Positions 15,988 to 25,208 of a DNA stretch of 45,146 nucleotides are shown piece after piece. The stretch comes from a virus. The notes below the pieces were generated by a model. The model was not told the DNA's origin and did no database searches. It worked only from the letters and a program-made list of their open reading frames with translations. The first letter of the stretch is position 1, and each line of letters opens with the position of its first letter. A program made the position numbers and the translations under genes. Location: positions 1 through 45,146 of IMG/VR virus record IMGVR_UViG_3300037760_000304; one strand, given 5' to 3'.

Positions 15988-16565
15988 TACGGGGCGCTCC
16001 CCGCGCTCGTGTCCACCTGCTCCCCGCCGCCGAGGCCGAGGAAGCTCCCCTCGGGCGCCGAGTTCTGAGCGAAGATGACGCTCTTGCCGATGCCGAGGAT
16101 GGGGACGAGCAGCGAGGGCTCGGGGGTGAGCTGGCTGTGCGCGCGCAGGAGGCCCTGCTCGTAGGACAGGTGGCCGACGCGCAGTTGCTCCTCGATCGCC
16201 TGGTCGCGCGCGCGCAGGTTCTCCTCGACGCCGAAGATCCGATTGAGCTCGATCGAGGTGAAGTCGCTCAGGAGCGCGTTGAGCGAGGCCCCACTGACCC
16301 CGCCCTCGGCGGCCGACGCGGCGAAGATCCCCTTGCGGCCGAGGCTGTCCTGGAGAATCTCCTGGATCTCGAAGCCGGCCGCGCGGCGCTCCTCCCCTTG
16401 CCGACGGCGGAGACTCGCGGTTTCGAGGCTGAAGACCTGATCCGAGAGCTTCTTCTGCGCGTTGAAGTTCTGGCGTTGCTTCGTCGCCGCCTGCCGCGCG
16501 CTGGCGTACTCACCGGCCTGCTGGACGGCCGCGATGGCGACGGCGGCGATGAGCGGGTTGCACAT
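15987..16565 (-). CDS. Internal virion protein, gp14-like (192 aa)
   Basis: The MC... hydrophobic N-terminus (MCNPLIAAVAIAAVQQAG) and the size mirror T7 gp14 (196 aa, MCWAAAIPIAISGAQAISG). Confidence 0.7.
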   Translation of the reverse strand: MCNPLIAAVAIAAVQQAGEYASARQAATKQRQNFNAQKKLSDQVFSLETASLRRRQGEERRAAGFEIQEILQDSLGRKGIFAASAAEGGVSGASLNALLSDFTSIELNRIFGVEENLRARDQAIEEQLRVGHLSYEQGLLRAHSQLTPEPSLLVPILGIGKSVIFAQNSAPEGSFLGLGGGEQVDTSAGSAP

Positions 16566-17043
16566 GATGGAGGCGGAACGGCCAGAACGGCACGGCCGGA
16601 TCGGCCTGGTAGACCTCGCGGCCAGCGTAGACCTCCGCGCCCAGCCGCCGCAAGAACCGCAGGTGCACCACGTTCCGCGAGTCGACCACGTTCACCCCCG
16701 CGCGACCGGCCAACATCCGCGGCAGATAGGCCCGCGCGACGAGCAGGAGCTCGCGCCGCAGACGAGCGATCTCGTCGCTGCCCACCATCCAGATCAGCAC
16801 CTCGCCGGCGGCGCTCCCCGCGTGCACGGCGCCGAACAGCGCGACGGGCCGCCCGTCGGCTTCAGCGAGGTAGCTGCTCTCGCCCTCTCGGATGCCCCGC
16901 TCGAGCTGCGCGGCCGGCGGAACGGGCCCGATGGCGGCCAGGAGCTCCGCGCGGTCTGCGGCCCGAAGGCGCTCGGCCATCGCCGCACCGTCGCCGGCTC
17001 GGGCCGCTCGAACCGTCACCCGCCCTGTGCGTTCATCCGCCAT
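16510..17043 (-). CDS. gp13-position internal virion/assembly protein (177 aa)
   Basis: Track ORF between the gp12-like and gp14-like genes. Overlaps neighbours by 28 and 56 nt. Called by position only. Confidence 0.55.
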   Translation of the reverse strand: MADERTGRVTVRAARAGDGAAMAERLRAADRAELLAAIGPVPPAAQLERGIREGESSYLAEADGRPVALFGAVHAGSAAGEVLIWMVGSDEIARLRRELLLVARAYLPRMLAGRAGVNVVDSRNVVHLRFLRRLGAEVYAGREVYQADPAVPFWPFRLHHVQPAHRRRRHRGRPAGR

Positions 17044-20000
17044 TCGAGCGCGTCGATGTGGGTCGCGAGGTGCGAGTGCGCCTCGATTGTCACCACCGTC
17101 TCGGCGGGATCGGCCAGCACCGAGAACTCCCGGATCCTCGGGTAGCGCTGGACCTCACCGAAGGGGGCGCCCGGGCCGATCTCGTCGCGCAGCGGCTCGA
17201 GCTGAGAGCCGCCGCCGAAGCGGTCGGTGACGCGCAGGTCGAGGTGGATCGGGCCGCGCAGCCCGAACGCGCCGCCGAGCAGGAGGCGCCCGCCGCGCAG
17301 GTGCGGGGCGATCGAGCCGTCGCGCGCCTCGGTGCTCACGATCTGCTCGCCCGGCTTGACGACCATCGAGTACGCCTGCCCCGCCCACAGCGGGGTCTCC
17401 GAGTGGTCGCCCTCGATGACGATAGAGGTCGGGGTTGTCCGCGCGATCGCGAGCGGCTCGCCGCCCTCCGCGCCGGGAACCGCCCGCGTGACGACGCGCG
17501 CGAGCGACTCGTCGCTGAGCGTGTACGGCAGCGTGAGCGTCGTCTCGCGCTCGAGCGGGTCGTAGACGGGCGAGAGGTCGGCGTCAGAGACGCGGCGATC
17601 GAGGCACACCTGGAGCTCGCTGTCGTCGTCGAGCGCACCGGAGATCATGCGCATGACCTCCAGGTCGAGCTCGCGGTTGCGCTCGATCGCGAGGTAGAGC
17701 CGATCCTCGATCCAGTCGAGCCCGATGAGTCGCGCGCCGTCGAGCGGGTAGCGCCACCACGCGCTCTGCACGCGCCGGCCGCCGGTGACGTGAGCCTTGT
17801 AGATGTAGAGCACCGAGAGGTCGGCGTCCGCGCGCATCGCGACGACCATCTCGTTCTCGATGCTGCTCGCCACCAGGTCGAGCACGTTGCCGCGCACGTA
17901 GGTTGGAGCCTGCTCGGCGAGGTCGTTGCGGCGCAGCACGAAGCCGCTCGCGCTGTCTCCGGGCACGAAGCCCTCGCGGAGCAGGCTGAACCCACGACTC
18001 GGCGCGCACCAGAGGACGGAGGCACCAGAGGTTGCGGGGACGAGCGTGGTCAGCACGTCCGACTCGTGCACGGCCGGCATCTCCACGGTGCGCGGGGAGA
18101 GGATTGGGTCGCCGCCGACGGCGAAGATGCTGTTTTCGCTGAAGGCGAGCAGGCGCCCCTCGAAGGGCACCGCGGCGATCAGCTTGTTCACCTTGCGGTG
18201 GGCGGCGAGCGCGTCGATCGGATCGCTGTCGGGCAAGCTCAGGATCGTCGAGCGGAAGAACCGCCCGTACTTCCCGACCTCCGACATGATGACGTTCGCT
18301 GCGGAGAGCAGGCCGAGGCGATCCTTGAAGTAGAAGACATCGACGATGAAGCGGTTGGCCTCGCCGGGCGGTGTCACGAAGGACGGGAAGGGATTGCTCT
18401 CGTCGTCGCCCGTGAGCCTGTCGCCCCACTCGAACGGACCGAACTCGAAGTAGATCCCGCCCGGGGTCCCGCTTGCCGAGCCCGCGCCATCATCGAACTT
18501 GCGCAGCAGGACGTGCGGCATTGTCGCCGCGTCGAGCTCGATGTCGATGAGCGGCGCGTTGCTCTCGTGCCACTGGCCGGCTCCGATGCCGGTCCCTTGG
18601 TCGGCGCGGAACTCGACCCAGTAGTCATCCTCGGTGCCCGACGAAGTGCCGATCACGAGCGCCTTCTGGCCGTGGTAGTAGGTCGTGGGCAGGTCGTCGA
18701 GCGTCTTCACCTCGTCGGTCACGAGCTGCATGGCCTGGCTGCCGAGGCCGTCTTCGAGCGTGAACTGTTGGAAGAAGTCGTTGGGGTCCGTCGGGTTGAT
18801 GACGAGCAGACTTCCGTGCACCTCCGCGTCGATCGAGGGCTCGGCCTTGAGGAGCTCCGAGAGTGCGGCGGCGATGATCTGCGTCTCGCTGCCCCCGATC
18901 GCCTCCACGTTGATACCGAGCTGCCAAAAGATGCCCGTGGGGAAGCCGCCTGCGGGCGCGGTCGAGTCGGAGAACTGCTGCACGCTCCCGGTGAAGACCG
19001 ACTTTTCGATCACCGGCCCAAGGGAGGTCTTGACCCGCACGGTGTAGAGCTTGAGCGCGCCCCCCTGCCGCACCCACACGACGCGCTGATTCGCCGGCAC
19101 GACCTGCCCACCAGACTGCCCCGCACCGCGCCGCACGGTGGTTGTCCCGTTCACGAGCCATGTCGTGTCCTGCACGGTTGTCATGCGGACGTGCTGGGCA
19201 ACCCCGGCGATCCCGCCCCTCAGGTAGGGCGGGTAGTTCTCGAAGGTGCGCAGGTCTGTATCGGCGAACTGCGCCCCCCAGCAATCGAGCAGGTGGTCGG
19301 GCCCGAGCACTCCCTGGGCGAGCAGCTCGATTCGGATGAAGTCGACCGTCGAGAGCGCCACGCCGTCGGGCTGGTAGGTCATCTCCAGCCGCCACCAGCC
19401 TTCGCCCGCGTCGACCTCGCGCGCCTGCACGCCCGGCGATCCGGGGCTCGACTGCGAAGGCACGCCGTCGGTGAAGAGCCACGCGGCCTCGTAGCTCACG
19501 CTGGCAGGAGCCGTCTCGTGGATCACCAAGCGGATGCCGGCGACGGGTCCCGCGACGTCGGGCGCGCGCACGTAGACCGACAGGTGCTTGCGCGCCGACT
19601 GCGACGTGCCGGGTGTCGCGTGCTGATAGATGCCGTCGAAGCCGACCGTCTGGTTCGCGTGGCCGAGGCGGGCTGCGGACCCGAAGCCGAGCGGCGCCGG
19701 GATCGTCGTGGCCTGCGGCACTGTCGCGTCCTCCAGGCGCGACCAGTTGGGGCCATCGAAGGTCTCCGGGTTCGTGAGGAGCTGCGCGCCGCTGCGTGTG
19801 TCGATGTAGGTGAAGTCTGGATCGAACGGGGCGCTGGGCCCGCGCACCGGGTACTCAGCCCCGTCGGTCCCGAAGACCTGCAAGAGCCCGGGCTGGGCGA
19901 GCACGAGGTACTCCTCGTCTCCCCGGTGGATCGCGTGCAGCTTCGCCTCGCGCGTCCCCGGGGCCTCGACGACTCGCGCGAGGTGCTCTGTCGGGTGGCG

Positions 20001-20132
20001 CTTGCGCATCCCGTCCACCGGCGAGGCCCAGGCGTTGTCCATTGCCTCGACTTGGGTGGAGAGGCGCCGCGTCGGGCCTTGCTGGCTCACGCCCCCGATC
20101 AGCGCCGGGGCGCGCATGTCGATCATCGTCAC
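17016..20132 (-). CDS. Tail tubular protein B (T7 gp12-like)
   Basis: LIGGVSQQGPTRR...NAWASPVDGMRKRHP parallels T7 gp12 LKGGISQQPDILR...NGWSSETEGLQKRPP. PFPSFV...DVFYFKDRLGLLS...DSDPIDA...AVPFEGRLLAFSE parallels PWPSFV...DVFFFRNRLGFLS...DDDPIDV...AVPFSEELLIWSD. Confidence 0.95.
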   Translation of the reverse strand: MTMIDMRAPALIGGVSQQGPTRRLSTQVEAMDNAWASPVDGMRKRHPTEHLARVVEAPGTREAKLHAIHRGDEEYLVLAQPGLLQVFGTDGAEYPVRGPSAPFDPDFTYIDTRSGAQLLTNPETFDGPNWSRLEDATVPQATTIPAPLGFGSAARLGHANQTVGFDGIYQHATPGTSQSARKHLSVYVRAPDVAGPVAGIRLVIHETAPASVSYEAAWLFTDGVPSQSSPGSPGVQAREVDAGEGWWRLEMTYQPDGVALSTVDFIRIELLAQGVLGPDHLLDCWGAQFADTDLRTFENYPPYLRGGIAGVAQHVRMTTVQDTTWLVNGTTTVRRGAGQSGGQVVPANQRVVWVRQGGALKLYTVRVKTSLGPVIEKSVFTGSVQQFSDSTAPAGGFPTGIFWQLGINVEAIGGSETQIIAAALSELLKAEPSIDAEVHGSLLVINPTDPNDFFQQFTLEDGLGSQAMQLVTDEVKTLDDLPTTYYHGQKALVIGTSSGTEDDYWVEFRADQGTGIGAGQWHESNAPLIDIELDAATMPHVLLRKFDDGAGSASGTPGGIYFEFGPFEWGDRLTGDDESNPFPSFVTPPGEANRFIVDVFYFKDRLGLLSAANVIMSEVGKYGRFFRSTILSLPDSDPIDALAAHRKVNKLIAAVPFEGRLLAFSENSIFAVGGDPILSPRTVEMPAVHESDVLTTLVPATSGASVLWCAPSRGFSLLREGFVPGDSASGFVLRRNDLAEQAPTYVRGNVLDLVASSIENEMVVAMRADADLSVLYIYKAHVTGGRRVQSAWWRYPLDGARLIGLDWIEDRLYLAIERNRELDLEVMRMISGALDDDSELQVCLDRRVSDADLSPVYDPLERETTLTLPYTLSDESLARVVTRAVPGAEGGEPLAIARTTPTSIVIEGDHSETPLWAGQAYSMVVKPGEQIVSTEARDGSIAPHLRGGRLLLGGAFGLRGPIHLDLRVTDRFGGGSQLEPLRDEIGPGAPFGEVQRYPRIREFSVLADPAETVVTIEAHSHLATHIDALEWRMNAQGG

Positions 20133-20707
20133 CAGATCCGCCTACGCCGCATGGGCCTCCCGGTGATGCGCCGCACCGTCGGGTTCTCGGAGCTCGAATA
20201 CCGGACCATCGCCTGATCGGCGTTGCGAGCGACGGCCTGCGCGCGCTGCTCCATCCCGATCGCGTCGCGCGCGCCAGCGACGTCGCCGCGGTACTGCGCC
20301 TGCATCCTGCGCCCGGCCGAGATCGCCACGTAGTCGCGGTAGGCCAGCGGGCAGCTCTCGAATGGGATCGGCCGAACGAATCGGCCGGTGCGCGCGGCCA
20401 GGAACTCGTCGGTCTCGTTCTCGGTGTCGAAGAGCCGGCCGTCGCGGATGGTGATGAAGGGCGAGGCTTCGTCCTCCCAGCGGATCGCGTCGACTCCGAC
20501 CTCGATGTGGTTCTCGGCGTCGGGATAGCGCGTCACCCGCTCGAAGACGTTGAACGACCAGCCCTCGTTGAGGATCGAGACGTGCTGCTCCTCGAGCAAG
20601 CGCTGCGCGAGAGCCGTCGTGGCGGACACAGCGCCGTCGAGCGTCGCCACGGGACGAAGCCCCACGGTGGAGAGCACGCGGTTCACGGCGTCGAGCGTGA
20701 GGGTCAT
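20129..20707 (-). CDS. Tail tubular protein A (T7 gp11-like)
   Basis: 192 aa. AVNRVLSTVGLRPVATLDG...NEGWSFN parallels T7 gp11 AVNDILASIGEPPVSTLEG...SRGWTFN. Confidence 0.9.
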   Translation of the reverse strand: MTLTLDAVNRVLSTVGLRPVATLDGAVSATTALAQRLLEEQHVSILNEGWSFNVFERVTRYPDAENHIEVGVDAIRWEDEASPFITIRDGRLFDTENETDEFLAARTGRFVRPIPFESCPLAYRDYVAISAGRRMQAQYRGDVAGARDAIGMEQRAQAVARNADQAMVRYSSSENPTVRRITGRPMRRRRIW

Positions 20708-20719
20708 GGTGGTGGCCGA

Positions 20720-20737
20720 GGCCCGCGCAGGCGGGCC
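20720..20737 (-). terminator. Hairpin GGCCCGC-CUGC-GCGGGCC between capsid and tail tubular A
   Basis: 7-bp GC stem with a 4-nt loop in the 42-nt gap after the capsid stop. Same location as T7 T-phi. No U-tract. Confidence 0.4.
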
Positions 20738-20749
20738 CCGGCGGGAGGA

Positions 20750-21781
20750 TCAGAGGGCGGGTTGCGAGGCGGCCGAGCTGATCTCGACCACGGCCTCGTA
20801 CCGGACCGGAGCGATGCCCCGGACTGTCTCCGAGATGACGCCCCAGCCGCGCTTCTCGAAGAGCTTTTCGGCTTCCATCGTCGGCGGCTTCGCTTCGACG
20901 ATGCCGAGGGCCGAGCGGTGGAAGGTGGCTGTGTGCACCGCCGTATTGTCCCCGGTGTAGGTGTTGTTGGCGCCGGTCGGGTTCACCGTGAGATCGTCGG
21001 CCGGGATGTTGTTGGTCTTGATGAAGCCGAAGCCGGCCCCGATGAAGACCGTCCCGTCGAAGAAGACGCCGTTGCCCTCGTTGCCGAAGTCGCGGTCGAT
21101 GAGCTCGCGGTTGCGGGTGAGGTAGTTGTAGTGCACCGGCTTGAGGGGCGCGAACCGATCCATCTCGGGCACGTCCTTCTCGTCCAAGAGCTGCTGCGCG
21201 GCGAAGAGGGCGTCGAGCAGGATCCCGCCCCGGACCGCGGGCGTGTCGCCCACGCCGGCAAGGTCGACCAAGCCGACGAAGCCGCCGTCGCCCGCGCCGC
21301 CGGTCATGTCGGCGGGCACGAGGGTCGCCGAGTTGGTGATGTTCGTGCGCGCGCCGCGGATCAGCGCCCGGATGCCGAAGACGTCGTAGGTCCGGGCGAG
21401 GGCGTTGGCGAGCTCCATCGTGTAGGGCTGGCGCTCGTCGAACTCGCTGCGGATTTCGTCCAGCTCGTCCACGAAGGTCGCGGCGAGCAGGAGGTCGTCG
21501 AGCGTCACGGGGCGCTTGACGTGGTTGAAGGCGTCGGCTTCGCCGTCCTCGAAGACGTCGTTGCCGGTCGCGTGGAAGACCGCGGGGATGCGGCCCATCG
21601 CACGCCATTCGGTCGTCTTCGCACCGCGCAGGGTCTTGCGGGGGAAGATGCGGTCGATCCAGTTCATTCGCTCGAACTGCATCAGCAGTTCGCCCGACCA
21701 GGTGGTCAGGAACAGAGCCCGCACGTCGCCGGAAGCGTTGACGCGACCGGAGCGAGTGATGCTTGCGGCATCGACGGCCAT
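20750..21781 (-). CDS. Major capsid protein (T7 gp10-like)
   Basis: 343 aa. ALFLTTWSGELLMQFER parallels T7 LALFLKVFGGEVLTAFAR. HRSALGIVE parallels HRSAVGTVK. Strong SD AAGGAGGTGA at 21786-21795. Confidence 0.95.
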   Translation of the reverse strand: MAVDAASITRSGRVNASGDVRALFLTTWSGELLMQFERMNWIDRIFPRKTLRGAKTTEWRAMGRIPAVFHATGNDVFEDGEADAFNHVKRPVTLDDLLLAATFVDELDEIRSEFDERQPYTMELANALARTYDVFGIRALIRGARTNITNSATLVPADMTGGAGDGGFVGLVDLAGVGDTPAVRGGILLDALFAAQQLLDEKDVPEMDRFAPLKPVHYNYLTRNRELIDRDFGNEGNGVFFDGTVFIGAGFGFIKTNNIPADDLTVNPTGANNTYTGDNTAVHTATFHRSALGIVEAKPPTMEAEKLFEKRGWGVISETVRGIAPVRYEAVVEISSAASQPAL

Positions 21782-21906
21782 GCCGTCACCTCCTTCTGGA
21801 GAGGGTATCGAGGATCACGCTGGCCTTGATCCCAACCCTTCCATCGCTGCCCGGGCGCGAGTTGTCCGCCGCGGCGGGCTCGGCCGTGCTGGCGACGGCG
21901 TGGCGT

Positions 21907-21945
21907 CGGCACGTCGCCGGTTCCAGCAGGGCCGACGACGTGCCG
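21907..21945 (-). terminator. Strong stem-loop (14-bp stem with one G.U, 11-nt loop) in the 182-nt gap upstream of the capsid gene
   Basis: Minus-strand RNA CGGCACGUCGUCGG...CCGGCGACGUGCCG. Could be a terminator, an RNA-processing site or an mRNA stabiliser. Confidence 0.45.
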
Positions 21946-21963
21946 AAGCTAGGAGACCATGGG

Positions 21964-22308
21964 CTACTCCGTCAAGCCCGCGATCTGCTCGAGCTCTCCG
22001 GGCTCGAACAGCTCGAGGAACCACGCGGGCGCCTCGGAGAGGGGTCCGGCCCAGGCCACGTCCGCATCGAGACGCCGCCCCCATGCGCCGCCCCTGGCGA
22101 CCTGGACCGGGACGTAGACGGCCCCGCCCGCGAGCGGGACCGAGACCATGAGGTCGGCCTCGCCGACGACCGCCACGGCGGTCTGGTTGACCCGCACGTC
22201 GCCGTGCAGGTATCCGGTGGCCCGGATCGCCGTGGACGCGGCGCAGCCCGCGAGCAGCGCCAGGGCGAGGATCAGGACACGCGCGGGCGCACGAGGGGAT
22301 CGTTCCAT
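21964..22308 (-). CDS. Lipoprotein (114 aa), lipobox LLAG/C
   Basis: MERSPRAPARVLILALALLAGCAAS. SD AAGGAG lies 7 nt upstream of ATG 22308. High GC3 throughout. Inserted between the scaffold and capsid genes. Confidence 0.7.
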   Translation of the reverse strand: MERSPRAPARVLILALALLAGCAASTAIRATGYLHGDVRVNQTAVAVVGEADLMVSVPLAGGAVYVPVQVARGGAWGRRLDADVAWAGPLSEAPAWFLELFEPGELEQIAGLTE

Positions 22309-23078
22309 CCACCACTCCTTTCGGCCTGCTCGACGACCCACGGGGACGCCGCGAGGCGTGCCTGCACGTCGGCGCGGTAGGCCGGGTCCATCTGGTACTT
22401 GAGGTTGCCGGCCTTGTCGGTCTCCCGCATGGCGCGCTGGTAGTCGTCGCGATCGCGGTAGCCGCTCGTGTGCGCCGCGGCCTGATTGCCGACCACGCGC
22501 ATGGCCGGGTCGCCCCCGACGGCGCCGCGCCAGCGCGCGTGCAGCCCGGCCACGAGGGTCTGGAACATGCCGGGGTCGGTGCAGGTGTTGAACTGCTGGC
22601 GCTCCTGCTGAGTCAGGTTGTCGCGCGCCCAGCCCATCATGGCCTGCCAGGTCTGTTCGCCGCCCACGGACTGCTGGGCCTGCATCTCGGCGAGGCGCCC
22701 TTGGGCGACCATGCCGGAGAGGCCCATGTCGACGGCCTCGCGCTCGTAGCCCTGGGAGGCGAGCTTCTGGTAGCTCTGGTCGGAGAGCTTGCCGCTGTTC
22801 GCCACGTACTCCTCGGCGAAGGGGCGCATCCGGTCGGCGAAGGGCGCGCGCTGCTCGGGTATGCGCGTTGGCTGGCCGTTGGGCTGAGGAGTCGCGGGCT
22901 GGGCCGGCTGGGCCTGCGTGCGCGAGCTGAGCGCGCGCTCGGCCTCCTGGTGCATGGCGATCACCTGGTCGATCGTCTTGCCGGCGTACTTCTCGGGCAC
23001 CTGGGGCGGTGCCTGCGAGTTGTCGACGTGGGCCTGGGCGGGCGCGGCGTTGGCCGCGGGCTGGATGAGCTCGGGCAT
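22272..23078 (-). CDS. Scaffolding protein (gp9 position), 268 aa from ATG 23078
   Basis: Track ORF 22272..23111. TGATG overlap with the upstream stop. Gln/Ala/Pro-rich. Lies between portal and capsid. Confidence 0.65.
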   Translation of the reverse strand: MPELIQPAANAAPAQAHVDNSQAPPQVPEKYAGKTIDQVIAMHQEAERALSSRTQAQPAQPATPQPNGQPTRIPEQRAPFADRMRPFAEEYVANSGKLSDQSYQKLASQGYEREAVDMGLSGMVAQGRLAEMQAQQSVGGEQTWQAMMGWARDNLTQQERQQFNTCTDPGMFQTLVAGLHARWRGAVGGDPAMRVVGNQAAAHTSGYRDRDDYQRAMRETDKAGNLKYQMDPAYRADVQARLAASPWVVEQAERSGGWNDPLVRPRVS

Positions 23079-23479
23079 CAGCGCACGTCCTGGAAGTGGG
23101 TGCCTGTCCACGCCTTGCCCTGCGCGGCCATCTCGTCGATGTGCTCCTGGCTCGGCTGGTCGACGGTCACTCGAGTTCCGAAACGCAGGAACCTGTCGAC
23201 GGAGGCGGCCGAGATCACCTTGGCGTCGAGGACGCGCCGCTGGCTGAGCAGCTCCTCCATCTCCGGCGAGCCGGCGGAGCCCGCGCGGTGGTCCGCCTGG
23301 GCGATGCCGGCGGCGGCCATGCGGCTGCCGATGAGCTTCTTCGCCAGCGGGCTCTTGCTCATGTTGTCGACGACTCCGGGCGCGCTGGCGCGGGTCGGGA
23401 CGGGCGCGGAAGGGGACTCGTGGGCGGCCGGGATGCGGTTCTTGTCCGCGCTCGAGATGCTCTTGGGGTTCACGCTCAT
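23078..23479 (-). CDS. Hypothetical protein (133 aa) between portal and scaffold
   Basis: Track ORF with an ATGA overlap on the portal stop. Confidence 0.55.
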   Translation of the reverse strand: MSVNPKSISSADKNRIPAAHESPSAPVPTRASAPGVVDNMSKSPLAKKLIGSRMAAAGIAQADHRAGSAGSPEMEELLSQRRVLDAKVISAASVDRFLRFGTRVTVDQPSQEHIDEMAAQGKAWTGTHFQDVR

Positions 23480-25029
23480 TGGGATGCTCCGTTGGTGGGG
23501 GCGAGTCGCTCGCGCACGGCCCCGCCGATCTGGCGGGTGAGCTCGGGCGCGACGTTCTGGAGGGCCGCCTGCTGCTGGGCGGCGTTGCTCATCTTCGTGG
23601 CCTCGTCGGGCTTGCGCAGGATGTTCAGGCTCACCCCGGAGGACTTCGCGAGCATCTCGAAGACGAGCCGCGTGTCGAGCTGGTAGTTGGTCGCCTGCTC
23701 GACCGGGACGAGCGCGAGGGACTGGAGGAAGCGCTGGAGCTGCTGGAACTCGATGCCGCGGCCGAGGCCCTCGATGCCGGCCACGATCTTGCGCTTGATC
23801 GAGCCGTCGTTGGAGAGGTCGTTGAGGATGCCGGCGCGCACGAGCGCGGCCTCTTCCATGCGCAGCACGGGGGTCTGGAGCTCCAGGGCGAGGCCGGAGT
23901 AGACGCCGCCAAGGGTCGTGTCGAGCTCGCGCGCGAGGGTCTGGACCTCCAGGGCGGTGACGCGCTCGGCGTCGCGCTGGATCGAGTCGAGCATGTGGAA
24001 GGAGCGCTTCAGGTCCTCCCGCAGGCTGGCGCGCATCTCGGCGACGACGCGGATGTCCTGGAGCTTGTCGACCTGGAGGGCCTTCACGTCCTCCGGGTTG
24101 CCGTGCATGTGGCCCCCGTTGGGCGTGGCGGAGAGCCGCTCGGGGGTGACGGTCGAGCCCTCGCGGATCATCCAGACGAGGCGCGCGGCCTCGGCGGCGA
24201 GCTCGACGCCGGCCTGGGTGAGGCCCTCGAGGCTGGCGAGGTCGCCGATCAGCCGCTCGACGAGCGAGCGCCCGTAGGGGGCGCCGCAGCAGGGGTCGAA
24301 GCGCGCCGGGTGGATGGGGAGCTTGTCGAGCGGGTATTCGGCGTCGGTGCCCTCGATCCGGTTGCCGTCGACCTCCTGGTAGGCGTCGAAGGTCTTGGTT
24401 CCCGGGCGGCGCACCCAGCCGGAGAAGATCGTGAGGCTGTCGTCCTCGTCCTCGTTCGTCGCCGGGTTGGCCGCGGCGCGCACTTCCGGGGGGGCCGCGC
24501 TGCGCCGAATGGTCTCGGTCGTGACGACGGCGAGCAGGTTGTCGGCGGCGTCGAAGTCGACGACGTAGCTGGGCAGCCGCCAGAGGCGGTAGCCCCCTTC
24601 CTTCATGCGATCGAGCAGGACGGAGCCGCCGACGACGAGGTTCTCGATGGCCTCCTTCGCGCGCACGCGGAAGGTCTCGGTTTCCACGTGGAACTGGAGT
24701 GTCGCGGCGCGCGTCTCGGCGTCGCGGCGCGCGGCATCGACGGATGCGCCGTCGTCGCTCTCGAGCGCCTGGGCGACGGCCAGCGGGTCGAGCTGGTACT
24801 CGAAGAAGCGCAGGCCCGGGGGGAACAGGGTGAGCAGGAGCTTGCTCGTCAGGCTGTTCGCGCCCTGGGCGCCGATCGACTGGTAGGGGTCGTCGAACTC
24901 GTCGGAGCCACCGAAGCTCTCCTCGGGGAAGAGCGTTGGCAGGGTGAGGCTCGCGTTGTCGCGCGCGCGCTCGAGGTAGGGCTGGCGGACGATGGCGAGC
25001 TGTCCGTAGAGCTCAGCGAGGGTCGGCAT
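23476..25029 (-). CDS. Portal / head-tail connector (T7 gp8-like)
   Basis: The following parallel T7 gp8: RQPYLERARDNASLTLPTLFP, YGRSLVERLIGDLASLEGLTQA, ERVTALEVQTLARELDTTLGGVYSGLALELQTPVLR. Confidence 0.95.
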   Translation of the reverse strand: MPTLAELYGQLAIVRQPYLERARDNASLTLPTLFPEESFGGSDEFDDPYQSIGAQGANSLTSKLLLTLFPPGLRFFEYQLDPLAVAQALESDDGASVDAARRDAETRAATLQFHVETETFRVRAKEAIENLVVGGSVLLDRMKEGGYRLWRLPSYVVDFDAADNLLAVVTTETIRRSAAPPEVRAAANPATNEDEDDSLTIFSGWVRRPGTKTFDAYQEVDGNRIEGTDAEYPLDKLPIHPARFDPCCGAPYGRSLVERLIGDLASLEGLTQAGVELAAEAARLVWMIREGSTVTPERLSATPNGGHMHGNPEDVKALQVDKLQDIRVVAEMRASLREDLKRSFHMLDSIQRDAERVTALEVQTLARELDTTLGGVYSGLALELQTPVLRMEEAALVRAGILNDLSNDGSIKRKIVAGIEGLGRGIEFQQLQRFLQSLALVPVEQATNYQLDTRLVFEMLAKSSGVSLNILRKPDEATKMSNAAQQQAALQNVAPELTRQIGGAVRERLAPTNGASQ

Positions 25030-25206
25030 CTAGAGCCCCACGTTGCGGGGCGGGAGGATCCGCAGGGAGGCGATGCCGAAGGGCGCATCCTCGTCGCCGG
25101 GGTTGTCCGGGTCGAAGGGCACTTCGGGCGCGGCCTGCCCGGGCTCGCGGGCCGAGGGGGGCGGCGGCGGAGGCGGCGGCGCATCGGGGTAGCTCGACAT
25201 GCACAT
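25030..25206 (-). CDS. Possible small Pro-rich protein (58 aa, PPPPPPPP run)
   Basis: In-frame ATG of track ORF 25030..25347 with GGGAGG upstream. Its stop TAG abuts the portal ATG. Confidence 0.4.
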   Translation of the reverse strand: MCMSSYPDAPPPPPPPPSAREPGQAAPEVPFDPDNPGDEDAPFGIASLRILPPRNVGL

Positions 25207-25208
25207 GC

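Noticed and set aside
16510-17043. Calling the gp13-position protein a GNAT acetyltransferase.
   Set aside because: I had only a vague impression of resemblance and could not identify the acetyl-CoA-binding motif with confidence. I kept a position-based call only.
20750-20800. A T7 10A/10B-style programmed frameshift at the capsid 3' end.
   Set aside because: I saw no slippery heptamer near the stop, and the downstream gap is only 42 nt before the next gene.
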